DNA of 63,755 nt, counting the filler, from Phoronis australis (lineage: Eukaryota; Animalia; Phoronida): NCBI GenBank assembly GCA_002633005.1. It is 7 parts of 7 records of this genome, joined end to end, with 100 filler letters (N's around TTAATTAATTAA, not from the genome) between each part and the next. Parts side by side here need not be neighbours in the genome. Positions count along the whole stretch, not along the records: positions 1 to 19,158 come from NMRA01000935.1; positions 19,259 to 30,491 come from NMRA01000189.1; 5 more parts are not named here. One strand, 5' to 3'. Position 1 is the first letter of the stretch. Each line of letters begins with the position of its first letter. Of this stretch, positions 13,521 through 26,821 are shown one piece after another. The notes beneath the pieces were generated by a model. That model did no database searches and had not been told where the DNA came from. It worked only from the letters and a program-made list of their open reading frames with translations. Both the position numbers and the translations under genes were made by a program.

Positions 13521-13877
13521 ATACGAGCCAGAGAACAAAATATCGAAAGGGAACCAAGAAACACAGCAAACCTAAAAATAAGTCCTCTTACCGTATCTCA
13601 GCACTTTAATTTCAGTTCAGAGATAATAGTTTTCATCTTAAATCTTCTTATTCTTCACCTTATTAACCCGCCGTATCTCTGTATGTTATGGCCGCCATTC
13701 TACCCCTACAATTGACCTATCGCCAAGATTATGACGGACGGCTTAATTGACCAATCAGAACAAAGCATTCTTGGCACACCTTCGTCTGCGTTTCTAAGCC
13801 ACCATTATACCCGACAAACCACACGTAGTCGAGTAAAACTTACTTTAGTCTATAGCTCAAGAAATTGTCCGCTAAGA

Positions 13878-14200
13878 ATGGGGAAACGGTGTTGATATGG
13901 CGTGTGTAGCACCGACAGCCGTTATGCTGCTCCAGAAAAATATCCCGTCATTTTTTGGCATGTCCTAAGCCGAAAACTGATGTTGAAAAGCTTAAACTAT
14001 GGTTCAAACAATAGAAGCCTGATAAGAGTGAAGGTGGATAAATGCGGTGTTCCTACAGTTTCTTGTTTTAGTGGATGTGTTCACTGCTCCAGAATAATAT
14101 CCCGTCATTTTTTGGCATGTCCTAAGCCGAAAACTGATGTTGAAAAGCGTAAACTATGGATCAAACTGTAGGGCCTACGGCCACACGAGCAGCTGAACTT
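13878..14200 (+). pseudogene. THAP zinc-finger remnant of a transposase
   Basis: MGKRC*YGVCSTDSRY...PKPKTDVEKRKLWIKL*GLRPHEQLN with stops, a frameshift and an internal ~75-bp duplication (about 13930-14002 / 14086-14159). Confidence 0.75.
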
Positions 14201-15598
14201 ATATTAGCGATGTTGCTTGATAACTCGAAGGCTATAATAAACACAAATATATTAGTTCCAAGATACGCACTTTTCAGCTTGGTGGCTATATGGTGAAGGC
14301 CATCTCAGATTGTGATTCCCGAGTTTCCTACGTCTGGCCGCCTTTTCTCGACACCTGCTGGATCTCAGCAATCTAGCGGTATAGTCCCCGGGAATTGTTG
14401 TTTTCAAGGACAATTTTTTTTATTTATTTCAACCTAACAGAGGTACGTTTTTGTTATTCATAAACCCGTAGGCTGGCGTTCAGCTGAACTTCTCTCCCGG
14501 TCAAAATTCAGAGATTCGATCTGCACATGGCAGGGAGGGGCACTGGATTACTGCCGGTAACTCAAAGCCTTGGTCGAGCTGTTGTCACTAAACATAAACT
14601 GTTGAATTACTTTTTGACGTGTACCTCTAGGATACACTATGTCTGTAGAGTTAGACAGAGCTCATTTTGAAGTTGTTCAGACATGATATTTAGATTTATG
14701 AAGCTTTAAAAAAGAATTTGAGTTATTTTTGTAAATACCCTATTTTTGCAACTACCACACCAGGCTTGTAATTTTTTCAAGTTGTAACCATACCACGACT
14801 TAGTAATTATGCTACCTTCAAAATTAAAAGAAAGCTACCTTTATGGAATGAAACTACAAAAAAATGCCAAGTTCGTGAGAAGGTAGGCCTACTAAATGTC
14901 TTAATGGTGCCAACGGACAATTCCATAGCCGGATTTAGGGGGTGGGGGCTGGGGCCCCTGCCCCCACCCCCGCAAGNNNNNNNNNNNNNNNNNNNNNNNN
15001 NNNNNNNNNNNNNNNNNNNNNNNNNNNNNNNNNNNNNNNNNNNNNNNNNNNNNNNNNNNNNNNNNNNNNNNNNNNNNNNNNNNNNNNNNNNNNNNNNNNN
15101 NNNNNNNNNNTCTGCATCCCAGGCCCCTGCAACTTTCGGGCCGCCTGTGTACATACAATTGCACTTTGCCCATATCCACGAGGCAACGTGCTGGACCCCC
15201 CTTGTGGTATCCTAGATCCGCTACTGAGTTCCAGACATTAACTTGACTGACTTAGACACAGCCCTAGACCTACCCCGCCGGAGCTAACTGTTTGCCTAGG
15301 ACGAGATGAATGTGTACATGAGCTATGAATCTGAATTTTTTGATCAAAATAATTCGTTACAAGATTAGAAAAGCGTAAACAGTGCTGTCGAGTCGACCTA
15401 GTCAGAGACTATAGTGAATGTGTAGTCTGTAATCTATGACCTATTTTACTCCAGGAGTCCCACCAGTTGTGACCTACTTTTTACTTGGCGAAATTTAGCA
15501 GACGACAGAATAAAAATATCGGTGAATCTTTACTGATTTTATTAGAAACATCATGAAATCTATGGAATCGTACAGATAATTCGACTTGAAGGTACATA

Positions 15599-15865
15599 CC
15601 CAGATTTACATGAACATATCGTATCAGTGGCCTTGTCATTTGCTAGGTGAAGGTGGCCCCGAGGCAGAGGGTTACTTCGCATTTTCGCTGGCTCCTCGAG
15701 CCATTTTTGCATCGTCACCTTTACAAATTCCCATATCATGAACGTACGATTCTCTGTTGAAAAGTATCGCCTCTTGTCTCTGTCGAAGCGTTTTCAAATA
15801 GTGCAAAAACACTCATCGATTCCACCAGGAACGTCGTTTAGCGACAGTGTATTTGCCTCTGACAT
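15599..15865 (-). pseudogene. SWIM-finger/YqaJ-type second-ORF first-exon remnant
   Basis: MSEANTLSLNDVP...ESYVHD...HLHLANDKATDTICSCKSG followed by GTATGT donor; frameshifted. Confidence 0.45.
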
Positions 15866-16800
15866 CTCGTTCGAATGTCGGGTATCACGTGACTTTTCGC
15901 TTTGGGGCGGAGCTTGCGATAGGTCAAGTATGGCACAGTTTTTATACACCAAATTGCTTCAGTAAGAATTCCACATTAACCGCTAAATAGCGGCGAAATG
16001 GCTCTTTTTATACAGGTTATCATTTCAGCAGATGGAGCAAGGAAACGTTTTGCAATATGACACGTGACTAAATCAGAAACCGGAACAGAAATTGCAACAA
16101 GACTGCAGATCATTCAAACACTCGTGCAAGTAGTGAAAGAAGCGGAAGCAATTCACAGAGACGTTCATGTAGCAAAGCTGACTACAGGGGGATCCGTGTG
16201 ATAATTGGGGAGGACTTGCCATGGATGTTTTTCACTTTTGGAGTTGCTGGAATTGTGACTATAGTCGGCGCCACATGATTTACACAAATGGGTTACATTT
16301 GGATTATAAAAAGTGAAGCTTTCTCGAATCTGTCTGCGTCATAGCTTCATATTTTCTATTATCATGCTTGTCAAATTCTAATTAAAGGATGAACGCTTTT
16401 ATGGCACTCAGTCGCCATAGTAACAATTATGCAAGTCTACTTTCATGCTTAACATAGGCTTGGTTCAGCCTGTATTGCTAAAATTTTCCACAGTACATGC
16501 AATAGTGAACAGAAAACACAATGTCGTAACAGATTAGTTGCTTGTTATTGAAATGTCGTTCTCAAACACGCTTGTGTCACCGATTCCACGATGGAAACGT
16601 TTCGGCCAAATTTCATGAAATTTCACCAAAGCAATCTAGTTATATAAACTGCCATCAGGGGGCAGCAATCGTCAAAGAATATAAAAATCGATGTCTATTG
16701 CTTTGATCATCGTTGTAAATTACCAGCATCCCGCCAGCTGGCGCCCAGAGCACCTCAAAAATGGCTAACAGTCAATACACAATTTTGGGCAAAAGTTACT

Positions 16801-17857
16801 AAGTTTTGGTACTCAAGTGAAAGTTAACGGAAACTCCTTTGAAAATTCAAAGACTGTCTTTGATAGAGAGGTTCAATGTTTATTTTCGGCCAACATATTC
16901 ATGATTTTCTATAACTTAAAAAGGAATGCCCCAAATTTTTTCAAGATCTACGTCTGTGACTCTAGAGTCGACCTTTTGATTCTCCCGTGGATTGATAGTT
17001 GATAGCTCTTGATTCCTTACAAAGGGTGCCTTTCCGAGATAGTAGTTTTCGAAAGATAACATTTCTGCAACAGTGCAAAAACATATTTGTTATGGGAAAC
17101 ACACTGTGCGAAAGTTTGTGAGGATGCCTTTGAGTCGCATTGTCCTTATAAAGGCGGGATTTCCATGCAGGTTTACTAAAATTGTAAGGTGCACCAATTT
17201 CTTTGCCACACACTTCGTCAAATGCTGAATTCCTGTCCTCCCCCGGAAATATATTCACGTTGAAAGTCATTCAGGGATAACATTTGCTCGGTTTACATGT
17301 ACAAAAGAGGTCGTGTATTTTANNNNNNNNNNNNNAAGTTTTGGTACTCAAGTGAAAGTTAACGGAAACTCCTTTGAAAATTCAAAGACTGTCTTTGATA
17401 GAGAGGTTCAATGTTTATTTTCGGCCAACATATTCATGATTTTCTATAACTTAAAAAGGAATGCCCCAAATTTTTTCAAGATCTACGTCTGTGACTCTAG
17501 AGTCGACCTTTTGATTCTCCCGTGGATTGATAGTTGATAGCTCTTGATTCCTTACAAAGGGTGCCTTTCCGAGATAGTAGTTTTCGAAAGATAACATTTC
17601 TGCAACAGTGCAAAAACATATTTGTTATGGGAAACACACTGTGCGAAAGTTTGTGAGGATGCCTTTGAGTCGCATTGTCCTTATAAAGGCGGGATTTCCA
17701 TGCAGGTTTACTAAAATTGTAAGGTGCACCAATTTCTTTGCCACACACTTCGTCAAATGCTGAATTCCTGTCCTCCCCCGGAAATATATTCACGTTGAAA
17801 GTCATTCAGGGATAACATTTGCTCGGTTTACATGTACAAAAGAGGTCGTGTATTTTA
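16801..17857. repeat. Identical 522-bp duplication flanking a 13-N gap (likely assembly overlap)
   Basis: 16801-17322 equals 17336-17857; identical ORFs in the track. Confidence 0.9.
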
Positions 17858-19158
17858 GGGGTTTAAACTTTAACAAAAAAACTGAAAAGGCTGTTCAAAT
17901 GCCTGTTAAATATTTCACAGTTCATGATTTAGCCAGCGAGAAATTGCACAAACAATATGAAAATGATCTTTATTTCACCATTATTTTGACGGCACTACCA
18001 GGATCCTGGTAATGTCTTCCCGCTATTATTTTTTAACTCAGAATATTGCTGCATCAGAATCAGATGTCGAATGGATCTAGTGATTATCCAAATTTCCGGA
18101 TATCCGCACTTGTTTATGTAATACTTGAAAACGCAAAGTCTTCGGTTTATATAACGTCGAGGGTGCGCATCGTGTAGAATAATACTCCCTAATTTTTGTT
18201 TAGTGAAATCGCGCCAACTTGAAAGTACACGTTCCCTTACGGGAGGAATAACGATTGAAGTAAACACCAATTTCAAATGATGCACGCAGATGCCAAAAAA
18301 CTCAGACCTCAAGAAAAGTTTTAAATAAAAATCCAATTGATATATCTTAGCATCAATTAAGCAAGGATCAGTAACGATTTTGTCTGCTATGAAAATCGAC
18401 TTTAGTTTTCTGTGTATGTTTTTGTATTACGTTCTCCAAGTGCGATAAATACTTTCATTTTTCAATCCCGAGAATTCAGTAGTCCCTATTTGTCTGCTTT
18501 TTAAAATAACTCACTCGGGAATTTTTTTATTCACAAATGCTTTTAACATCCAGTGGCATGTTTACCTAGGATCAACTTACCTACGCAGCAAAATATTATT
18601 CACCTTACACAAATAGGTCCCACGAACAGATGAATAAAACCTTTTGTTGAATTTCTAAAAGCTCCCGGTATGAACTAACAGTGATAGAAAAATATTCAGA
18701 CGTTTTGCATTGTTAGAACCGTCAAAAGCATTGCACATTTTTCATGTTTGTGTTTGGTGATATCAAATTTCTTTTCTTAAATTAATTGTATTTTTCCCGG
18801 GGCTGTTAGCAATGGCGAGGATCTGTTTTCATGTACAGTATGTCTAGCTTCGCCTCATGTACAGGTGAAGCGGTTTAGTCATTTGTGTAATGAAAAGTGT
18901 GGAATTTTACTTACTGTTTCTGTCTCCATTCTTAAAGTTGCATAAAGCCCGTGCTTTCTGTCAAAAACAAGCTTTGATTGAATGCACTTTATCTTGATAA
19001 ACTTTTCATCATATTCCTTACTCTGTTTAAGAGTAATTTCTTGACTCGGAAGACGTTTCTTCAGGCAAATCTGGTGAATTTTCAGATCACGCAGTGACCC
19101 ATAAGCTTACTCTGAAGAGCTATCACACTTTCTTCCGCCATGTTGTTTTGAGCACGTA

Positions 19159-19258
19159 NNNNNNNNNNNNNNNNNNNNNNNNNNNNNNNNNNNNNNNNNN
19201 NNTTAATTAATTAANNNNNNNNNNNNNNNNNNNNNNNNNNNNNNNNNNNNNNNNNNNN
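19159..19258. other. Artificial contig spacer N44-TTAATTAATTAA-N44
   Basis: Exact 100-bp format repeated six times; linker has stops in all six frames. Confidence 0.95.
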
Positions 19259-22249
19259 GGGGGGGGGGAGGGAACAATTATAATATAATTTAGCTTGATA
19301 AAATCCATCACCACTTATTGGATATTATGAATAGTTCATTAGTGTGGTGGTTTGTATACATTCACTCTGTAAGAATTGTAAAAATGATTTGAGCAGACTG
19401 AATCAAAAAATCTTAATCAAGAAGTTCTAAAATGCAAAAAGGTCTTGTACTATAATTAGGATTTCATTGTATAACTGCTGAGGTCTGTTTTATGAAAAAC
19501 TCAGAAAGACAGAAATTACGGAGAAATTTGAAGAAATTGTTTCCGGGGTGTGAAGAGTTAATAATTTACTGCTAAACCTTTATTTGGCAATTGCGAAGTG
19601 GGTGCGTAAAGTAAAATTTCAGTTTTAAGTTTACTTCACTTTTCAGGAGACAGACACCTGGATAGTTTGTTTATTGAACTTTTGTCTCTGTTTCTCATTC
19701 TAAATAACCGCGTGGAAGTTGCATTTTGCGTTACGGCGTGCACTTATCGACTTTCCGAACGACGGTAGAAAGAAATTAACGCGAAAATAATTTTGTTGCA
19801 TCCTGAGAGACTATTATCATAGTTATTATCCCTTGACGTCTCTAATTATTTGTATTATCTGCTGCGGCTTTTTACCCAGTTCACCATTACTGCGGGAAAC
19901 AGAACGTTCTATAGTTATACAGTTCGTAGATGAAAGGCTTGTTGTAAATGGCGCTTGCCATAAACCACGAACTAACTCGTTTGTTGGGAAATGAAACCGT
20001 AATCAATTTTTACTTGTATCGTTAATGTTTTCATTTATCTTGATATATGCTTTACGTAATGTGTTCATGTTTGTTTACCGTGCAACATTATCAAGCGTGT
20101 CAGTTCCCCGATAGGACATTATAGGCTTTTATGCTTTTTGTCAATTTCCGTCAATCATCCATCATGTTGGCCTTGAATTCACGCCTGAGACTCATCTTTC
20201 GCATTATGGCGCTCAAAACAGTTTTGCGAAGAAGGTCATATTCGAGGTCATGCAGTTCGGGGCGTGTTTCGTTATAGGACTTGCGATCATATTTGATCGT
20301 AAGTTGATTATAGTCCTTCGACAAAACGTCGCTTTAGATTTTATAATTCGCGTGTAATCACATGGTTTCGGGTTTAAAGGCACATCGAGCGACTGGTCCG
20401 CCATTTGAAAAATATCCACATGTGATCGCTCATCAAACAATTGCCTTCCTATTATTCGACCCCACGCCAAAACATCAAACGGAAGATCTGCCTTCTTGTA
20501 TCCGTGAGAAGCAGTGCCGCTGGGATAACGTGAGAGAGAGCTCAATCACAATCCGCGAAGGAATAATCCCCGTGTATTCCTAGTCGGTAAAACAACCCTT
20601 AAACAGATGAGTATTGGCTAGTGTGTTCCCTAAAGTAAGCGACACGTCGACGGTGTTAATTCTTTAGTCGTGTTCGTGGGTGGGAGGCTACATTCCACTG
20701 ACCGGTGGCGATGGTACTTAATTGGCTTGAACATAATTATTCTGAGTATTCATTTGTAAGAGGATTGACAGCCTATTTTTGTGAACGCTCATTTCCGTCG
20801 GTTGATCTGCCTTCATCAGAGCTAAAGTGTCGGGCTTCTCATAAAAATCCACCTACCGGCGAACGCGGTATTTAAAATTTATTTCAGTGAAGTGATATGT
20901 TCATTGGTCCTGAATTTAAGTTACTGTGCAAGATGTGAGAAGGTAATGAGAAAATTTGTGGCTTTTTACTGAATTCAGACCTTAGACACGAAAATAACAC
21001 TGCTGTATGATTTAGGTAGAATGTTTTCTTATATTTTGGACTCCTAAAATAAAGAGGTTCTGACTGTAGTCAATCGCAATCGGTTTTTCGTGGGAAATCG
21101 TGCCTTAACAGTGACGCCAGGGCGACAAGCCTACCAGGAGAGATGAATCCAAAAGAGGTTCCAGGGTATCCTCTAAATATAGGGGAGAGTGCTTTATATC
21201 CCTGTCCCATTGTCAAAGCCCCTTTGTCTACAACCCTGTGGGTCAGAGCCTGGATTCACAGTGGCCATGCTGATTCACGAAAACCCGACGGAACTAAGAA
21301 GACACAAGTCATCTTTAACGACATGTCAACTTCAAAGGGACAGTTATGACAATAATTAACTAGCACCACGTTTAAAAGGTGATCCTTATAGTGACTATTC
21401 ACACAGCGTAAGATCCTAACCCATTTCGGGTTACTCAGGAGTAAAATGAAAGACACATTGCGACCTATTTGAGTTGGCATCAGTCGACTTTTCTATTTTC
21501 AAAAATATAGACAAGTGAACAATACTGTATCACTGCATCCGAATTTTCAACAAAAATACAAAACAGAATCTATTAAACCATAGACTATAGAATATCTATG
21601 ATTAAACAATTCATTGGCCTTATCGACCAACTGGAACTGCTATAACGTTCTATCCTCTTCCGTATCGTGTGCACACAGTAGTTGGAAAAACTCAGCTACC
21701 AATAAAAAGATTACCTGACAAACTTCCTTCGTATCATTTCCTGGAAGCCATGAGATCAAAAATAGCGAGAGTCACGACGCCAGATACTCTACTAAGTACC
21801 CGACTTGTGGTAGGTTATAAAGTACATTGCTGCCGCGAAATAACGAATACAAATGAAGCCTATATGTAGAGTAAGTGGGGTAATATGAACATAGCTTAGT
21901 ATGGTAGAAAATCTGATCAAATGGTCTCATTTTCAAGCTGTTCACCTGCCTCTTATGCTATATAGAGGCAGGTTACACTGTACGTGACAAGCACGGTGTC
22001 GTGATGGGTTTCTTTTGTTGCGAGAGAGACTTTTACTTCGTAAGCTAACACCAGCATGTATAATTTTGTTAACACTCGGTCGTGTGTGGTATTTTTAGAC
22101 GAAAACGTTAATAAGCAACACTGACACCCACTCACGCTTTCGATAACTCGGGGACCACTTTTTTTCTCAACTTCCCTTGCTTTGTTTGCTCGTCGAATTA
22201 TCTTTGAGAGGACTCTCGAAATATTGTCAATAATCCACGACTTAATGAG

Positions 22250-22412
22250 AATTTAATGTAGGCGTCACTCTCGATTTGTATCAAAGCCAAAAATTGATTT
22301 AGTAATGAGATACAAGAGCATAAGAAATGACAATGTGTGTTTTCACAAGTTCACTGTAGATTTAGGGAACTTAGCCGAGTCCCTATTTGGGACTGTTTCA
22401 TACAACCGGGCA
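22250..22412 (+). mobile_element. 3' fragment of the 12173-12606 Harbinger MITE family
   Basis: gtagatttagggaacttagccgagtccctatttgggactgtttcatacaaccgggca|ctg. Confidence 0.75.
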
Positions 22413-24900
22413 CTGGTAGCCTGCCTTGAAATGGGGGCTTTTTCAAAATTCTTTGCTGAAACACCAGTACTCGAGTTCCTGGAGGATGACCCGAAGATGG
22501 GAAAAGACATAAAATTCCACGAACCTTCTACAGGTTTATTTCAGACTGGCAAAAATTTTCTCCTTAGGGGTAGAATTATTTTCTAGAATTTCAGTCTGCA
22601 TCTAAGTTCACGGAAGCTTTCTAAGAGTCGATTTTCTTAGATACTTAAAGATGCAAATCAGAAATTAATAAACACTTGTAGGTTACCAGACAGAAGAAAA
22701 TAACCTTAACAAGTTGGACCGTCACGTGACAATATAGCATATACATTTTAAGACGGGTAATTAAATATATGGCGTTTAAACGATTCCCAAATGAATGTGC
22801 ACGGGTATTTGTACGGGAGTGCATGGGAGACGGAGCAATGGCATACCACGTGGTTTGGTGCCCTTCCCCGAGAAATGTTCAGTTCATTCGTCCCTACTCC
22901 ACTGCAGTCGTCTTTGCCGGGTGACTCGATTCAGTCACCAGGTGGCGAGACCGTCTGGTCCACGACTTAATCCTCTCAAAAATAAAAGTCGACAAAAGTA
23001 CGATTTACGAGAGAGATAAGCTGATGAAGTTCATCAAAAGTGGAAATGGTCGCTTGGTATTGCTTATGACGCCCGATGTTACAAGACAATGTCTTAAAGG
23101 CATGTGACTTTTTGTATTTTCAGCACTTAGAAGAAGTTGTCTAAAAAAACTGAAATGACGTCATGTATGGAACGCGGACGTGTGCGCGCATGCCTTTGTA
23201 AGCCTACGTGTATTGGCGCAAGTGCTTCATTGAACTTGATATTGAAATCTAAGAATTGAACATTTACCAAGAGCAATGCAGCGTACTAGTATAATTCAGT
23301 AGTTTTTGGAATATCGAAAATAGTGATAAAATGTTGTGATGGAAATGTGGGCCCATAGGCCGAACTTGTTCCTACTAAAAATGCCTAACTCAGTAGTCTC
23401 TCCCAGGGCTCCAAGAAATATTACTTCACCGTCTCCTTGAAGTTTCAAGAATATAAATCAATATTGTGTCGTGTTGAAACACGTTTACGACTATACTAAA
23501 ATACAGATGTCTTTTTATGAAACCCAAGATATCGTGCGAGAAATAAAAACAACCTGAAATGGGAGAGAGAAATTCGCTTTCAAGTGAGGATACTGAGCTT
23601 TCCCATATTTATATGTTTCCTTTCCGAAGTTCGCTATTTTAAGCTCACGAGTGACCGTAACTAATGCGAGATTTTTTGACAAGTAGCACCAATTTTACAT
23701 CTTGCTTTTTGTACACGATGCCCAGTTTTCGACAGACATGCCCGAAGTCACGCCTGTTTTCCCTAACACACGCTAGTGTTGGCTTGCCAATTATGTGCCC
23801 CCAGATTTGAGCTGCGCGGCAATCTGTGGTCGACAGTGAAATGAATTTCCTCTTCGTTCCGGATGAGATGCTCCAGTAATATAGTATTAGACGTCAGTGA
23901 CTTTTTATGATGGTTACGCATTCCGGGAAATGAAACTATGGCAGAGTTTATAACACAGCTAGACAGTTAATCGTGTTTTATGGGCACTTTATCAAACGGA
24001 TGCAAACAAAATTATCAGACAGTTTCCTCCATTCTCTTGCTCCGTCGTATCATTATGCGCTACATTGCATTTCCCAACTGGCCACTGTCAACACTTCATA
24101 CGGGTTGGGCTTACAATAGGCATTTGTCTTTGATGCTCCGGCTTCTTTTGTTAGGAGATTATGGATTAACAATGGATGTTAGTGCCTTGGTATTCTTTAC
24201 CACTCAATTTAGGCACCGCGGACTGATAAAAATTTGACGACTTGACAGTACTTCGCTGCAGGCAGTTTATACGCCACTGAGGCTACCCCATATGCATTGC
24301 GGGGAGCGAGCAATGAGCTGGCCGCCTCGGGTGCCCTGCAACTGAAGACCCGTGCCGGAGTGCTGTCCATGCTAGCGGAAGAGTCGAGCCGGCTCAAAAA
24401 TTTCAGTGAAACTTTCGAATATCATTCGTGTTGGTTTAACGATTTAAAAACACTCTTTTATTCTCAGTTTGACGAGTTTCCGTGTGCTTACCAAGAATTG
24501 TAGTACCTGGTCGGCCAGAGTACTATTTTTCATCCGTCGACGAGTAGTATTTATTCCAAAGTTGTTTGTCACATTAATTTATTCTCAATCATTTTTTAAC
24601 TTTATAAATCACTCCTCGGCTAATAAATACCGGGCTGGCATTTCCCGATAAAGCGCCATCGCCGGGGAAACTGCGGCCCACCACTGGGCGCCAACTCATA
24701 GTCTCAGTTTCCGGGGAACAAAAAGTAACGTGAACAATTCGATTTCCAAAAAGCACGACAAAAATCTCTCTTTCCGTCGGGTTGTTTGTATGAAATTATG
24801 TCAAATATGCCAGCTCGAATTTATAGATGCTTTCCGTTGTTTCTTGGTATGGTCAAAACTGCACCGGTACAGTTTCAACTCCAGACTAAAGGAATTTCTA

Positions 24901-24902
24901 GC

Positions 24903-24936
<34 letters not shown>

Positions 24937-24957
24937 GCGGCTAATAATAATAATAAT
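24901..24957. repeat. Compound (GCT)n-(AAT)n microsatellite
   Basis: Direct reading. Confidence 0.9.
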
Positions 24958-25775
24958 GATGACAAGTAATAATGAAAATGGTTAGCCATATTTATGTCGT
25001 GTCAGCCCGGAGGGTATGAAAGTGCAACCCAAAAGGTTTTTTCTCAGCAAAAATACTCTTCAAAATGGTGCCATTTTCTATAAAATATTATCTAAAAGGG
25101 TGTCTTTTCTAAATTTCTGGAACAGAACCAGTGTGGGAAAATCATCACTTTTTACACAAATAAAGTGGCTCTCTAAATGGGTTTTTCGGCAGCGCCCACT
25201 CTCCACTACATTTTCGGAGGGGCACCCCTAGTCCCAGTCAAAAAATACTCGAACACCACTTGTTTGCCGAGATTTTGGTCATTCTACGAGTGGTTTGACC
25301 TTGGTGGTCCTATCAGACGAGTCCACCTCGGTATGTTGAGAAATGGACGTCTAGATCCCGGTGAGTGGGTGTGGCCATTGAGGGGCTTTCAAAAGGGCCC
25401 AAAAATGAGCTAAACTAGATATTCGAGGTGCCAATCAAAACTGATTTAAAACGAGCAATAGTACCGCACTGAACACCGAATGACCCATGGCAGACAAATT
25501 GCACTCTGGAATGGGTCCGGCAGAAACCAAAAAAGGACCTCCTCTTAACTTGTTCGACGAGTGCACACTCGAGGTACCACAAAAAACGATATGATTCAAT
25601 ACATGTTACAGATCACCAAATGCCCTATGACAGACAAATTACAATCTGGATTATGTCCGGCAGAAACCCACAAAAATCTCAACCACTGAGCTATGCCACT
25701 ATCAAAAATTTGAGCTAGACTAGATCATAGTCAGTTTTCGAGGTAGGCTACCGGCCAAAACTGATTTTTTAAACT

Positions 25776-25919
25776 AAACTAAGTTTATAGAACTTAAGTT
25801 TTTGAAAAACTTAAGTTATGAAAACTCATTAAGTTCGTTCCAAAAACTTAAGTTTCCGTGAATGAAAATATAAGTTTTTCGGACCAAAAACTTAAGTTTT
25901 TCGATGAAAACTTAAGTTC
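25776..25919. repeat. Array of palindromic AACTTAAGTT cores with short variable spacers
   Basis: Five perfect and about three degenerate cores. Confidence 0.8.
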
Positions 25920-26233
25920 ATTTTTGTATCGGTCCGGCTGTCCTCAAGCGGCACCACCTGATTCAATGCCAGCCGCGCCATCTTGAGGCTGAGGGGCGAA
26001 GCTGAGTTACAACTTGTTTACAAATTCGTGCGCCGACTAAACAAGCACCCTCAATTATTTAAACAGTAACCACCCGTCACTTTAATTTGTGGAACTATGC
26101 ACTGATTCCTATTATGCTACTGCGACTACCGAAAACATTACAGAACTCTTATAACGCATCTCTATGTTATATGACTCATTGCAGTCGCGCAACCACTATT
26201 GCACTTCTAATAAGTAACACGGTTTAGCGTAAA

Positions 26234-26241
26234 ACTTCCGG
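26234..26241 (-). promoter_or_regulatory. ETS-type motif (CCGGAAGT) about 65 bp upstream of the pelle ATG; YY1-type CGCCATCTT at 25976-25984
   Basis: Motif match and position only. Confidence 0.35.
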
Positions 26242-26304
26242 GTTTCGTTCAGAGTCAGCATGTGAAATTCGATCGGGACATACGAAGCGGAATTTGCTGT
26301 TGAA

Positions 26305-26413
26305 ATGGACAAGAAAAAGACAAAAGAGCCATTTTATATTTATGAAATTCCGATGCCTATACGGATGAAGTTGACAAATCTTTTGGATATACATGATGGG
26401 TGGAAAAAGCTAG
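26305..26413 (+). CDS. pll: Pelle/IRAK-family kinase, coding exon 1 (death domain N-part)
   Basis: MDKKKTKEPFYIYEIPMPIRMKLTNLLDIHDGWKKL; G|GTAAG donor, phase 1. Confidence 0.85.
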
Positions 26414-26599
26414 GTAAGCACGTAGTCAACAGGTTAACCAAACAATGTCAATATTATCATGAACTCATACAGTTTGATAACATTATTGGTACGTAACCCT
26501 GATTTGGAGTACCGGTTTTATATATTGCACTAAATAACGGGAACACTATTGAACATTTGCCTGACTCTGAAAATCAGAGACTGCTGTATAAGCTTACTT

Positions 26600-26821
26600 T
26601 TGTGCTAGGCAGTGATCACCGTCTCTAGCTGGCCCAGTATAGCCAGTCTGTTATTGTGCTAGACAGTGACCACCGTCTCTAACTGTCCCAGTATAGCCAG
26701 TCTGTTATTGTGCTAGACAGTGACCACCATCTCTAACTGGCCCAGTATAGCAAGTCTACTATTGTGCTAGACAGTGACCACCATCTCTAACTGGCCCAGT
26801 ATAGCCAGTCTACTATTGTGC
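26600..26821. repeat. 54-bp minisatellite, about 4.1 copies, in pelle intron 1
   Basis: Unit ttgtgctagacagtgaccacc.tctctaactggcccagtatagccagtct..ta at 26600, 26654, 26708, 26762. Confidence 0.95.

Larger units (their letters stand above)
13713..15926. mobile_element. ISL2EU-like (PIF/Harbinger-related) deletion derivative
   Basis: Inverted ends TGACCTATCGC...GCGATAGGTCA; convergent THAP (+) and SWIM-like (-) ORF remnants. Confidence 0.55.

Noticed and set aside
14924-15226. MITE spanning the 134-N gap with AATTC/AGTTC near-TSD
   Set aside because: Left end is ambiguous (AATTCCAT also occurs in the homologous repeat at 4426) and the gap hides the interior, so it was not used as TSD evidence
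20785-20822. CUGAUGA...GAAA on minus strand; similar pattern at 23021-23053 on plus strand
   Set aside because: Stem II and stem I do not pair; at best dead Penelope-end remnants
25776-26821. Repeat-spacer appearance of the palindrome array and the 54-bp repeats as CRISPR
   Set aside because: Eukaryotic context, spacers too short or absent, no cas genes
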